A DNA stretch of 49,580 nucleotides, counting the filler, from Dimargaris cristalligena (Eukaryota): NCBI GenBank assembly GCA_003614675.1. It is 2 parts of 2 records of this genome, joined end to end, with 100 filler letters (N's around TTAATTAATTAA, not from the genome) between each part and the next. Parts side by side here need not be neighbours in the genome. Positions count along the whole stretch, not along the records: positions 24,878 to 49,580 come from ML002577.1; 1 more part is not named here. One strand, given 5' to 3'. Positions 34,135 through 46,860 of this stretch are shown here, piece by piece (position 1 is the first letter of the stretch; each line of letters starts with the position of its first letter). The position numbers and the translations under genes were made by a program. Below the pieces are notes generated by a model, which saw only the letters and a program-made list of their open reading frames with translations, did not search any database and was not told the origin of the DNA.

Positions 34135-34836
34135 GATAGATACGTAATGCAATGGGTAGGGTTGGGGGATAAATAAGGCACCAAAGGGGTAAGATTCAGA
34201 GAGTAGGTAAAATGGATGAATATTGCGAAAGACACGCCTAAATGCATTTAATGTGGTATGGGTCAATGGGGACGGGGGGCTGAAACAATCCCCCTTTCTA
34301 CAAGCTGGCTTATATTTTGGCTGTGGCGGGCCACCCATCCACCTACCTCCCACCTTTATCAAGCCCCCCCCCCCCACACTAGCCATCGTATTTTCCAGAA
34401 ACATGGGCGCAGAGCCCCTTCCCCACTGGTCAAAATTACTTCCGCCCTGCCCTTTTTTGGTATACACGAGCCCATTGGTGGCAAGAGAGGAGAAGGGGTG
34501 GGTAGCCAAATAAGAAGAATAATAAAAAAACACTGTGGGACTATGATGTACCTACTGTTTCGTTGCTAGCGGGATCCAAATTCCATTGCTTCTAGCTTTG
34601 TTCCAGCAACTGAGCCGATTAATGATCCATTATACCGTTTTACCTCAAAGGACCTTTATTTGTTAGTGGTTCCGGCGAATGGTAATAATAATAAAAAGAC
34701 ACGAATACAGGGTGCGGCTAGATAATGGTCTGGGGAAACATATTGGCGTAGAAGGAGGTGGGCAGCCAAGCAGTACATTGTCTAATGTGAGAGTAACCTA
34801 GTAGATCGCATTGCTATCGGGTTAGGCGAGCGGATA

Positions 34837-37800
34837 TCAATCCATTTCTCGACAATGGCACAGGCAGTCGGCGACGGGGCATACGTTATGGGTCATAAAC
34901 CACTCGGTAAGGTGCTTCTGGTGGCCTCCGTGACGACAGGTCTGGCACCACATGAACCACCAGTCAAAGGGGTTGCTTATAACCGGACGGTTATCTGTGG
35001 TATTAAAAAGGGAGTAGGGACAGTATAGTCGTTTATGTAGTGGGTGAGCGAAGCTGGGGTGATTCAAGGGCGGTTACAGCGGGGTCCATCGTAGGATTAA
35101 CGTAGAAGTAGTAAAATTCCTTAGTGGTTTCAGTGGCTAGGTCGGACCCTAACACAACTTACCATTCCGTGCAAGATAGGAGCTGGCCATACAAATATTG
35201 GCCGGGGTACCCAGCGATAACAGGCAGATTGGGCACGATGGTAGGGCCGCCTTACAGTTGGGACATTGCATCGACTGGGGGGCCATCAGAGTCCATAAAA
35301 TAGTAAGGGTATTAGATTCAAAAATATAGATAGATAGATATTTAGCCATGGTGGCCATGGTTGGAGTCGCAAAGCCGTATTGGAAACCCCAGTGATAGTG
35401 TTATTACACAAGACCCGACAAAGTATTTTAATATAAATTGACCAATAATTGGATCGGGTGACATACCGTATCGCTCACGCTGTTGTCGAAGCGGTTGGAA
35501 TTCATATGCTGGAACCGGCGGTTACCATCCCGGTCAAGGTTGGTTGACGGAACCCCCGCCCCACCAACCAGGTTAAGGCTTTGCATCAGGCTACTCATGC
35601 AAAAAGTGCAGCGCACAAGAATGGGGGGTTGGGAGGTGACGGTGACCGGGATCTGGTACCGGCGCATCCATTTACCCCGCTCAATATCGAATACCGCCCG
35701 TGTTTCGAACATTTGCCATTGGTCCAGTAAATCCCGGTAGCACTCTATGCACCGTTTCTTGACCGAGTTGGGGGTTGCTTGGATAGGTGAAAAGCTCATA
35801 ATCAGGGCCGCCGTTTGGGTATCCGCCGTTCGATTCGCATAATTGTCAATCAGTTCCATATTCCGGTCGGCCAGGCCCGTTAAAATCAGTCCTTCCAGGT
35901 TCCCATTTTTGACGGCCGTAGCCGTGTTATCATTGACATAGGCCAGCAGCTTGTTATCGTCGAGGAAGCGCAACGCAATGGACAGGCGCTCCTTCATCGA
36001 AAGGCCCTGCTCATTGAGCACATCCGACCAGTCCTCGCTGTAGTAGTACTTGAAAATGGCACGCAGGTATGAGTTGTCCGTACTTTTCATAAACCGGCGG
36101 TTCATTTGCTTCCATTCGTCCATGTAGGTTTGGTTGGATCGATCCACCACCCGCGAGGCGTGGGCCGAAAGGGCCATGGCAATTACTTCCAGGTTTGGGT
36201 CTAACGCATCGGAGCAAGGTATGGTTAAAGGTATAAATGAGAAATTAGTACAGAGGGTTCCCACCCGGGTAGGGTAGCCTGGGTTTGGGTGGCATATAAA
36301 GGAGTGCACTGGCCTTTGAGGCGGTTCAACTTACTTCCACTCTTGCTTAACGCCACTACACACCGCTCGCGGCAGTTGTGGAACAAGGCCCAAGCGGCAG
36401 CTTTCTCGAATTCGCCGGCCTTTTCCATCCTGTGAGAATCAGTTTAATGTACCCATGAGCGGGCAGATGGCAAAATCATCTAGTTAGTCCCGCTACTGAG
36501 TAATACACTGCGTGGGGCAATTTAAAAAGATTGCACATATAGACATACACGCGCGCGCGCGTACATTCCCCTTAGTCTTAAATTGAAAAACGCGAGAGGG
36601 AATCTAGAACTGGACTTACGTGAGTAGCGTTTCCTCAAGTCGACTCTGACTGAAATGACACCCCGATATCCGAAGGGCTAATTTACGCGGAATATCGAGT
36701 TCGCTTCCGGGGTAGATTGGGTCTTCACCCCCACCGCCTCCGCCCAAATTAACCCGGCCCATGGCTCCCGTCCCGAGCCCCAACCCGGAAGTCCCACTGA
36801 AATGGTTCATTCCCGATGGGAGATGGGAGTAGTACGAAGGGTGACTCATACCAGGGCCACCGCCCGTCATGTCGTAGTCCGCATGCTGCAACTGTTGCTG
36901 TTGCTGTTTATTTTTTAGAGCCATGACATCCCGCTTATTTAGCTCCCGAAGAACCTTCTGGATGCCCATAAACCCGAGTCGGATATTGCCTGCAATAAAG
37001 TCGCTATCTTCAGCAAGGTTGACGGCATCCTGGATCCACGACCACGCTTCCCGGAGAGGCCGGTCATGGGCGATGAGTTTGAGGTTGGTGGCCGGATCCA
37101 TAGCGTAGCCTTGCTCAGCCCGTCGTTTCATAACCATTGAAACATCCGCTTCTAAGATGGAAATTAAGCGATTGTCCCGCGTGGTGAGAGGGCGGTTCCA
37201 CATGTCCCAGCGTTGGCCAAGGGTCATACCGGAAGCAGCGGCTTTTTTGGAAGCGGGGTGAGGGTCTCCGGCCAGGGCCCCTTTCTTGAGCGAGGCTCGG
37301 CGGAGATACAAACTGGCCGGTAGCTCGTCGGCCCGCGGCTCCGGGGGCGCAGTGGGAACCAGTGGCTGGAACGTGGATCCGTCCGCCGTGGGCGTGGAGG
37401 GACCCAAGTGAAGGGATTCAATGCCTCGTTTGACCGCAGCGGGGAGACCCGGTAGCCCTTCGGCCGGCGGGGGGGCTTGCAGGTCAAAGATTTTGGAAAA
37501 TTGCTCGTCCGCCACGGCCAGGCTGCCGTGGGGATCCCAGGCCACCCGAGGCAGCTCCTCGATTTTACGGGACTCCAGATGGCCACTGGAGTTCACTGTA
37601 AGGATCCGGTAGCGGTGGGCGAACGGTGTCAGGTGGGGGATCCAGGTGAAGGTGGCGAGTGGCGCGGGGGGATCGGTGCGAATATGCCGCGTTCGCCATA
37701 GGAAGGTGTCGACGGATGGGCCAGCCGACGAGGCCGGGTTCTCCAGTGTCCCATCAAGCGGGAGGGCCATCTCTGGGTTGGACCCATTGGGGTATGCGGG

Positions 37801-39253
37801 CAGTGCCTGATTTTGGGAGAAGTCGTTGGAAAGCGGGGCCAACGTCCGCTGTTCAGTCACGGTTTGTAGGCAGTTGAGCCGGATAGAATCATTGTCGGTG
37901 CCTAAGCTGGCCAGGACTCCCCGGCGATGTGGGGAGAAGGCGATTTTACGCATGGTAGACTTGCCCTCGGACAGAAGGGGGATCTGGAGCACCCCCCGGA
38001 GGCCGTATCGGATATCCCAGATTTGGATATCCCCCTGCGACGAGTGTGATGCAAATCGGTACGGGTCAAACGGGTCGGCAGTCAGGCCAAACACGGCGGA
38101 GGTTTCGAAGCGAGTAACATGTCGGGTTTGGCGGATGTCGTAGAGGTGTAGAATACGCTGCGAGGCGGCCAAACCGCCCACCAGCAGCTGGGACTGGGAT
38201 GACGCCAACCAGGCAACCGACGAAACCGACTCTTGGAACGAATAAACACCGACAGGTCGGTCGGAGCCTGGGTTGCGCGGGTTCGATGACGTGTAAAATA
38301 CTTGGCGCGTGGCAATGCGAGAGGCTGTCGGATTGGTCCACGCGCTTGAGGGAGTCGCCAACGGGGACTGTCGGAAGGGGGTCCGGGGGAGAGCGGTCGA
38401 ATTGGGGGTGGATTTACGGGCCTCCAGCGGGTCCGAAAACTCAACCAGAGGCCGGTCCAGGGAAGAATGGCTCGAATCGCGTAAAGCTTTCGAGGGATCG
38501 ATTGGGGAGCTGGCCGCCTTGAGTCGCTCCGTGTCCCAGACCAAGAGGCCGTGCTCGTTGCGATGCCGTTCCAGCCCCACTGCGAGGAGCTTATGGTTAT
38601 GGGGGCTGTAGGATAGCACTTGGCAGTTCCGGCCGTGGGTAATGGATATTTGGGGAACACCCCCCACCGATGCTAGGGGAGTGGTTGCCGGCCGGAAAAG
38701 GGAACCGTTTGTGTCAAGGTCGAGGTCGGAAGATGCGGGCGGAGGGTATTCGACGGGCCGGGCGGAGGAGGATAATGACCCTGACAAGGGGGTTTGTAGC
38801 GATGACTGGGTGCTTCCGGTTTGGCCAAACTCGGACATGCGTAGCAATAGTACTTGGCCCATCCCGACGCCGATGGCCACCAGGTCCTGAACCTGAGGGT
38901 CGTGCGACCACGATATACAATCGATTTTATGAGGGTCATGGTACACGGAAACCACCGCTTGGCTCGGCTGGGGCTGTGCCTCCTGGGGAATGGATAAAGG
39001 CGAAGTGAATGAAGAGGTAACAAGGGGAGGAGGGCTTGGGTTAATGGAGGTCCTATAGTACGTTCGTCTGTTTTTATTGTTGGTTGCGGGGCAATGTATA
39101 GCCTTGCTGGGGTTCCTCTTACTCGGCTCTACTTTACTCTACCTTTGGGGGCTGCCAGCGATACAAGCGCAACGAATGCTCTTGAACGAGCAAAAACTCG
39201 TGGCTCTGTTGGTGGGGGGACCACAGCAAGAAGGGGGAGTTGGGCATGGTCAT
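34837..39253 (-). CDS. SEA4: GATOR2/SEA complex WD40 subunit MIOS/Sea4; exons 39253-39143, 38982-36620, 36429-36335, 36200-35479, 35274-35163, 34994-34837
   Basis: N-terminal LLWSPH...LRLY, LLAVGLERHRNEHGLLVWD, DVSMVMKRRAEQGY, EKAAAWALFH, ERLSIALRFLDD, GNLEGLILTGL, C-terminal CPNCKAALPSCPICL and WFMWCQTCRHGGH...CPVADCLCHC. Intron phases consistent. Confidence 0.92.
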
Positions 39254-39676
39254 AAGCAAGCGACTGAACAAGGCGAGTAATTCGAAGAAGGGGCAGGAAA
39301 GGACCCGTCGGTGCTAGTTGGGTGAAACTAGGCCGGTGGAGGGGCTTATACTGGCATATACTCTCTGTATGCGTATGTTTACTGGGCCAGTAGGAGTTGT
39401 AGAGGAGAGTCCGTTTTCTCCCCACGCTTCCTTTTGCGAGGGCCTACAACGGCCCGTGGATTACTAGAGTTAGGCGAGTTGGGGTGTGCATGGACAATAG
39501 CCCTAACCCTATCTAAGCCCCACCCTACTTTGAAGTCCCCTTTTGCTAATTCCTCTGCATTTCCAATTCGGCGTTGCATTCGCATTGCTAGACCTTGCTT
39601 CCGCCTACGGTGTATCCGCCACTTTCTCCGTTTCTCCCCCCAACCAGAGCCCTCTCGTCAGCAACTATTGCCTACT

Positions 39677-39976
39677 ATGCGCTCCAGAATCCTTCGTGAC
39701 CAGCGCCAACGCCAGGCCTTTGCGTCCCACGAGGTGATCCGTCAGGTGTACCGCTTTATTACCCACAATGAGACCGTCATGCCCCGTAACCGGTACCAGG
39801 CCCAGCTTGCACTTGATCAGTATCCCCAGAATTCCTCTTCCTCCCACATTAGCAATCGCTGTATCGAAACGGGCCGCGGTCGGGGTGTCCTCCAGGACTT
39901 CCGACTCTGCCGGACCCAGTTCCGTATTAAGGCACTGCGAGGCGAGATTCCAGGCGTGACCAAACACTCTTGGTAA
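39677..39976 (+). CDS. MRP2: Mitochondrial ribosomal protein uS14m
   Basis: RILRD...[42 protein letters not shown] is the uS14 signature. Divergent from SEA4 across about 420 bp. Confidence 0.92.
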   Translation: MRSRILRDQRQRQAFASHEVIRQVYRFITHNETVMPRNRYQAQLALDQYPQNSSSSHISNRCIETGRGRGVLQDFRLCRTQFRIKALRGEIPGVTKHSW

Positions 39977-40436
39977 CCCATTTCCCGCATGTTGGTGACC
40001 CTTAGGGTAACTACTGGTCATTTAGTATTAAACAAATCCATCATCAATTGCTAGATATATTTTGGAACTGTGATTAAATCGCCTCAGGGACCCCACTTAT
40101 TACTCCGTAAAATAAATCCAATTTTATAAAACCCAATGGATTTAATTGACCTTGCCCGATTGTGGGGTGTTGGTATGCCCCAGCTTTAACGCTGGCTGTG
40201 ACCAAGGAATAGGTTAGGAGGGGGGAGTAGCTTGGGAAGACCCTAGCCCTCTAAGTGTCTTACAGAATAGCTAAGTATAGGAAGAGGACCTCACATTTGC
40301 AGCCAGATACTTGTTGGAATCCCGACACTTTCTCTTTATTCCCACTTGAATCTCCCATCCCGGGTTGCTTTTAATCCCTTTCGTTTTCAATCAAGTCTTT
40401 TTTCACATTTTCCTTCTTACTACATTCTACATCACC

Positions 40437-42587
40437 ATGGGTATCCTCGAGAAAATCGGCGACATTGAGCGCGAAATCGCCCGAACCCAAAAGAACAAGG
40501 GTAAGTTACCCTCGTTTTCGAAATTAAAAGGCGAAACGGCATCCTTCCCACCCCGCAACTGTTTTTTTTTTCTCGGCGGCGGACTTCGAGTCACCTTCAT
40601 TTGCTCGCTTTGTTTTCGATAAGCCGATAGTGGCTCTAAACTTCACAGCGACCACCCGGGCCGGTGCACTAATACCCATTTTTCTGTATAACCGTACGGT
40701 ATTGCCAATTCATAATACTAGCGACCGAGCACCATTTGGGCCTACTCAAGGCCAAGTTGGCCAAATTCCGAGCCGAACTGCTGGAGCCCAAGACCAGCGG
40801 TGGTCCCAAGGTAATTTATATCTGTCCACCCAGTAGTACATGCTACCCAACTATGCAATCAGCCCTCATAATTGACAACGTCGGTGGTGCCGATTTGTTG
40901 TTTCAATCATGTACTTGAAAATACGAAATCTCACTCCCACTCTCAATCCAGCCCTTTCCCTCTCCACTTTCGCTGGGCTTTGCTCTCTTCTAATACCAAT
41001 ACTATTTACTACCTTAGGGCGAGGGCTTCGATGTCATGAAATCGGGCGATGCCCGGGTGGTCATGATTGGGTTTCCCTCCGTGGGTAAGTCTACCCTGCT
41101 CAACGCAGTCACCAACACCCAGTCGGAGGCGGGCGCTTACGAGTTCACCACGCTGACATGCATTCCTGGTAAAATCGAGTATCAAGGGGCGATTATCCAG
41201 TTGCTTGATTTGCCCGGTATTATTGAGGGTGCGTCCCAGGGTAAAGGCCGTGGTCGTCAGGTGATTGCCGTAGCCCGGACGGCCGACCTGGTCCTGATGA
41301 TGCTGGATGCCACCAAGAGTCGTCAACAAAGGTAGGTTACTTTAATAGGCACATTTCCTATTTTGGCCTTGGTAAGCCTCACTAGAGGGGGAGACCCACT
41401 TGCTTAATGAAAGGCTGGGAGATTCCGCTGGCCGCCCATTTAAACCGTACTCATTTTGACAGTTCGTTAAGCACCGCATTAAATAACCGAAGTTACCAAT
41501 GTTTATTTATTTTGATCTACCCGTTCCAATGATACTGTCAACTGGCGACTATTTTATAAAGGGCGTTGCTGGAAGCTGAACTCGAAGCGGTCGGTTTACG
41601 GATCAATTGCGCCCGGCCTAATATCTACTTCAAGGTCAGTGCCTGTTGAGCCGACTTCATTCTGCCTGGTATCCCGGGATTGGGCAGTGACAGTGGACCA
41701 CTGCGCGTTTTACTTTGGCCAGGCTTAACCAGGGCGAGTAATGGGATGTATGCCATTGGAGTTAGAATTATGTGTCTTATTCTCTGCTAGCTAACCCTGC
41801 GCCGTATTTTATACCCATGGACAGATCAAGAAAGGAGGCGGCATTAGTTTCAATAAGACCTGCGTTCTCACTCATCTTAATGAACGTTTGGTAACTCAGA
41901 TTCTCCAAAACTACCGTAAGTAATCTAGGGTCGCCTGATTTAGACTAGACTGTCGTTTAATTTTAGGCGTAGCCCACCTCCTGGGGCCCGGTTTGACAGC
42001 CATTTGGGGGCCACTGTTCGATTTTTTTATTACAGGTATAATGTTTATTCTGGTTGGATGCTTTTCATCTAATTATGCCTGTATTTTATATCCCAACTAC
42101 TTAACTCCCCCCCCCTGCGATAGGTATCTTTAACGCCGAGATCCTGATTCGAGAGGACTGTACGGTGGACCAATTTATCGATGTGGTTCTGGGAAACCGC
42201 AAGTACATCAAGTGCCTGTACTGCTACAATAAGATTGACGAAATCACCATTGAGGAAGTCGATCGCCTGGCTCGCCAGCCCCACACGGTGGTGGTGAGTT
42301 GTGAGAGCAAACTCAATCTGGACTATCTGGTTCAGCAGATCTGGTACCACCTGAATCTGCTGCGTGTATACACTAAGAAGCGCGGAGAATTCCCCGATTT
42401 CGATGACGGTCTTATTTTGCGTAATGGCGCGACTGTTGAGCACGTCTGCCATACCATCCATCGCTCCCTGGCCGAGAACTTCAAATACGCACTGGTTTGG
42501 GGGACATCGACGAAACACAGTCCCCAGCGGGTGGGGCTAGGTCACTTGGTGGAGACTGAGGATGTGGTCCAAATTGTGACCAAGTAA
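40437..42587 (+). CDS. RBG2: Developmentally regulated GTPase DRG2/Rbg2; exons 40437-40500, 40722-40810, 41018-41331, 41562-41634, 41825-41915, 42124-42587
   Basis: [81 protein letters not shown] (DRG2-type), NKID, TGS domain [14 protein letters not shown]. Confidence 0.93.
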
Positions 42588-43411
42588 ATGTGGGATGCTA
42601 GCCAGCCCAGTCCAGCTCGGAAGACCCCGAGCGACTGAGTTTGTGTAATAAAGTTGTAATGACTTGGTTGGAATATTTCGGGATAACTCTTTTGGGGCTG
42701 TAATACGATTGGCCTCTCCTTGGGGCGGGGGTATCTAGTCTGCCATCCGTGCGATTGAAGTCGACGAAAATGACAGTCTGAATGCCCCGGTGGACATGCT
42801 GTAGATGGGGGTAGGATGTCGACCAACAAATGGTATTTAGTATTTGGCCTGGTTGATGATGTGGGTGCATCATGAAGGAGAGAGAGAGTGAGAGAGACTT
42901 GGAAAAGGAAAGCCATTCGGGGTCAATAACGATCACGTGACAATCGCAATTGATCATCTACATTGGATGGGGCGATGGAGAGTCGCTGTGTTCCCCACTG
43001 ACTTACTCTCCCAGCGCTTACAGGCGGGAAAGAGGGATGTAGTAGATAGATATATGGAGAGAGGAGAGGATATAGCCAAGCGGCCTTGTAAAGCAGAGCC
43101 CTGCCTGTGGAGAGCCAAAAACCAACCCTATTGCGGCCCAGGGAATCCACCACACCAACAGACAATGGCCTTAATCTGCTTCTGATTCCTCCAACGACCA
43201 ATCTAGTTCATTCTTTCACCATTATACGCTTGTCCAGGGCTAATATCCCATTTGCCCATTATACCCTTCAGCCCGTGTTCTAACATTAGGTCTATAGACC
43301 TCTCCTTTCCTCATTTTTCCATCACCCCAACCGGCACTCCCCCTTCTGCTGTGGGACCACCACCCGGTCGTCGTTACATTCGCTTGTTAATCTATTGTTT
43401 TTACTCCCGCT

Positions 43412-44821
43412 ATGCTCCCTTTGATCCGCCCCTCGGTCACTCGCCTAGTGAGTCGTGTGGCTCAGCGCCCCTCTCTACCCCGCGCTACCTTGGCCACTGC
43501 CGCCAGCGCCAGTAAGAAAACCTACGGCAATTTGCGCGACGAGGACCGCATCTTCACTAACTTATACGGCCGCCATGACTTTCGCTTAAAGGGTGCCTTG
43601 GCCCGTGGTGACTGGCACAAAACCAAGGAGATTGTGCTCAAGGGCGACGACTGGATCATCAACGAAATGAAGGCCTCCGGCCTGCGTGGCCGTGGCGGTG
43701 CTGGTTTCCCGTCAGGCCTAAAGTGGAGCTTCATGGGTAAGAGCTCCCCGGGCCGCCCCCGCTACGTCGTGGTCAATGCCGACGAGGGTGAACCAGGTAC
43801 CTGCAAGGACCGCGAGATTATGCGCCACGACCCCCACAAGCTTGTCGAGGGCTGCTTGATCGCCGGCCGTGCCATGAACGCCAATGCCGCTTATATTTAC
43901 ATTCGCGGTGAATTCTACAACGAGGCGTCCAACCTCCAAATTGCCATTGACGAGGCCTACAAGGCCGGCCTAATTGGTAAGAACGCCTGCGGTACCGGCT
44001 ACGACTTTGATGTGTACATCCACCGCGGTGCGGGCGCCTATATCTGTGGCGAGGAGACCGCCCTGATTGAGTCCATTGAAGGCAAGCAGGGCAAGCCCCG
44101 CCTTAAGCCCCCTTTCCCGGCCAACGTGGGCCTGTTCGGCTGCCCCACGACGGTGACGAACGTCGAGACGGTGGCCGTGGCCCCCGCCATTTGCCGCCGC
44201 GGTGGCTCCTGGTTTGCCGGGTTCGGTCGCGAGCGGAACACCGGTACCAAACTCTTTTGCATTTCGGGCCACGTGAATACACCCTGTACCGTGGAGGAAG
44301 AGATGAGCATCCCACTCAAGGAATTGATTGAGCGCCACTGCGGGGGTATCCGGGGCGGCTGGGACAACCTCTTGGCGGTGATCCCGGGCGGTGCCTCCAC
44401 CCCCATGCTGCCCAAGTCGGTCTGCGAAGATGTGCTCATGGACTTTGATGGTCTGCGGGATGCCCAAAGCGGTCTGGGTACGGCGGCCGTGATTGTGATG
44501 GACAAGTCGACTGATATCGTCGGGGCCATTGCTCGTTTGAGCGCCTTTTTCCGCCACGAGAGTTGTGGCCAGTGCACTCCCTGCCGTGAGGGGACCAGCT
44601 GGCTCTACCATACCATGGATCGGTTTGTGCGGGGCGAAGCCCGCCCCCAGGAAATCGACATGATCTGGGAGTTGACCAAGCAAATCGAGGGCCATACCAT
44701 TTGTGCTCTGGGTGATGCGGCTGCCTGGCCCGTCCAGGGATTGATTCGCCATTTCCGGCCCGAGCTGGAGCGGCGTATGGCTTCGTCGGAGGAGACGGTC
44801 GCTCAGTCGGCCACCGCTTAG
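43412..44821 (+). CDS. NDUFV1: NADH:ubiquinone oxidoreductase 51-kDa flavoprotein subunit (complex I), intronless
   Basis: [47 protein letters not shown], Fe-S motif [12 protein letters not shown]...TICALGD, presequence. Confidence 0.98.
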   Translation: MLPLIRPSVTRLVSRVAQRPSLPRATLATAASASKKTYGNLRDEDRIFTNLYGRHDFRLKGALARGDWHKTKEIVLKGDDWIINEMKASGLRGRGGAGFPSGLKWSFMGKSSPGRPRYVVVNADEGEPGTCKDREIMRHDPHKLVEGCLIAGRAMNANAAYIYIRGEFYNEASNLQIAIDEAYKAGLIGKNACGTGYDFDVYIHRGAGAYICGEETALIESIEGKQGKPRLKPPFPANVGLFGCPTTVTNVETVAVAPAICRRGGSWFAGFGRERNTGTKLFCISGHVNTPCTVEEEMSIPLKELIERHCGGIRGGWDNLLAVIPGGASTPMLPKSVCEDVLMDFDGLRDAQSGLGTAAVIVMDKSTDIVGAIARLSAFFRHESCGQCTPCREGTSWLYHTMDRFVRGEARPQEIDMIWELTKQIEGHTICALGDAAAWPVQGLIRHFRPELERRMASSEETVAQSATA

Positions 44822-45466
44822 AGTTGCTTCGTCGTCGGTTATGGTTACATTGACTTTAGCCACCCGCTCCCTTATTTATTCGCATTTTTCTTCCTTTATA
44901 TCCAGGTCTCTGAAAGAGCTGTTCCAATCCGAAAGGCCCAGAGTAGCCGATTAATCCACTTTTCAGCCATCTAGGTTGGTTTGATGAAGGGCGGGGGAGT
45001 GGGGTTTTGCCTCGATTGTATTTCCTTAAATTTCCAAATTTTTCCTTAGAAGATAATAAACTATGGATTCCGTTAACTTTAGAATGTAAGTGTAGGCCTG
45101 GATATGGGTGAGCCAAAATCCCTCCGCCCCTCCGCCTTTTCTTCTGCTTCGAAGGCCCATTGGGTAAAGTAGGGGAGGGGCATTGATTAAGGCAAAATGA
45201 AATGAAACGGGATAGTATATTAGTCTGTGGTGGGCCTTTGCCCATTGCTAGAGGAGCTAATAGGCTCTCACTGCGTGTCTTCTCTCCCTTTTTTTCTGGC
45301 GTGTCCTACTTATTCTTTTATTGGTGTGTATGCATCCGGATAGATTGTCAATGAATTCACCAACTCTTGCCCAGAGGAAATGAGAAAGGACTGGCCACAT
45401 TTACCCCTTCTTGCGCTATTTAGGGAATTGCCCCGGTTACTAAGCAAACTGAGCCAATTCTAAAAC

Positions 45467-46237
45467 ATGGCGGCGACCTTGGGCTCTGCGTCCTCAAGTG
45501 TAACCGTTGCCCTTGCTGAACTTTTTCTGGTATCGGGCCTGTCGCCGCCCACTCACCTCCACGAGGTATGGTCGTCTGCGGAGGAACCTCGGGACTCTAC
45601 TTCGACTTGCCCTGCCCCGCTCGAGTGGTTTTGTGGTACCATTACCGTCTTGGGGACCCAGTCCCTGGACCCAGCGGCCCCACCCGGCCCCACGCAGTTC
45701 ACTGTCCGTTCGACGTGGTCTCTAGTAGGTATCCCCGCCCAGTTCCCTCCTCAACTCCATGGGTGCTGTGTCGCCCCGGATCAGGCGCCCTTGTTTTATG
45801 ATATCGTTTTGCGTTCCATTGCCAAACCAACCTCGGGTCAGATACCGGTGTGGGTGATTCGAAATGTATATCGCCGCCCAACAGGGGATTTACTCGAGCT
45901 ACATAGCCATGCGACCGAGATAAGTAGCGTGGTATTTCGGTCGACCGACTTGTCCACCACGCGCACGCCCCAGACAGAACGCACGGCCGTGTTTGGCACC
46001 AGCCCAGTTAACCTCCTTCAGGGTATCCGATTCGAACCCCGCCGGTTAGTCACTAGGGCGACGACAGGCTCTCACCAAGCTCCCTGGGCAGCAGTGCGCC
46101 ACCAATCCGTGAGGGCGCTGATCCGCGGGCTGTGGCTTCGCACCCGGGAATCGGCCGTTGATCAGGGCGAGTTTGACCTGTGGCTGAATCGGGCGGTGGT
46201 ACTCTGCCTGGGCAAATGCCAGTGGTCTACAGGCTAA
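45467..46237 (+). CDS. Hypothetical protein (256 aa)
   Basis: ATG-started GC-rich ORF (AAACATGG) flanked by AT-rich DNA, globular-looking composition; no family recognised. Confidence 0.55.
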   Translation: MAATLGSASSSVTVALAELFLVSGLSPPTHLHEVWSSAEEPRDSTSTCPAPLEWFCGTITVLGTQSLDPAAPPGPTQFTVRSTWSLVGIPAQFPPQLHGCCVAPDQAPLFYDIVLRSIAKPTSGQIPVWVIRNVYRRPTGDLLELHSHATEISSVVFRSTDLSTTRTPQTERTAVFGTSPVNLLQGIRFEPRRLVTRATTGSHQAPWAAVRHQSVRALIRGLWLRTRESAVDQGEFDLWLNRAVVLCLGKCQWSTG

Positions 46238-46860
46238 GTGGATGAGAAACCGTAGATGCCTCGGGTGCGCCTCCTTTAATTAATAAACGGGGTTGATCAG
46301 TAAAACTTGGTTCGTAATCTTTAGCTGAGGAGAGTCCCCTTGGTATTATTGGCAGGTGAGTGCTTTGTTTCCACTCGAACTAGGTCAATGTACGGTTGTT
46401 AAACTACATAGTCAGGCTGAATGAGTCCCCGAATTAATTTAATATTCAATAGATAATGTTCATCTAGGAGAGCAATTCAATACGACCAAATCTAATGTTA
46501 AATATTATGTATACGGGGAAATAGCCCGCACTATTACTTTTAACCAGTAATACCGACTGGGTCCCTTCAAACCGAGCATTCATTATATTATTGTAATTTA
46601 GATTTATCCAGTCCATATTAATGGCTCAGTCAATATATTATCCTAGGATGATCACCATTGAGCAGAGGTGATGCCCTCCTTGTAGCACTGGTGCATATAG
46701 GGGAAGGAGGGGGAGGGGCTCTCTCATTCGGCTGAAATCGCTCTGGCTTTTCAAGGCTGGCTCCATTCCTTTATTTGCTTATTCGAGCCTAAACTCTGGA
46801 ACACCTGTTTCGGTGCTTCTTCCACTTATCGCAGACTTCCTTTCTTCTCAATCCACCCCC

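Noticed and set aside
39137-39142. Non-canonical or U12-type introns
   Set aside because: All rebuilt introns are GT-AG; the weakest sites (GTAGAG donor in SEA4 intron 1, AAG acceptor at 41561) are within normal U2 variation.
39434-39676. Non-AUG Arg-rich N-terminal extension of uS14m
   Set aside because: Similarity starts at MRSRILRD (ATG 39677); the upstream open frame is a C/T-rich leader and promoter shared with SEA4.
43970-44863. 297-aa antisense ORF over NDUFV1, and similar antisense or alternate-frame ORFs over KAR9-like, lipin, thiolase and SEA4
   Set aside because: Expected shadows of GC-rich, codon-biased coding sequence; no motifs of their own.
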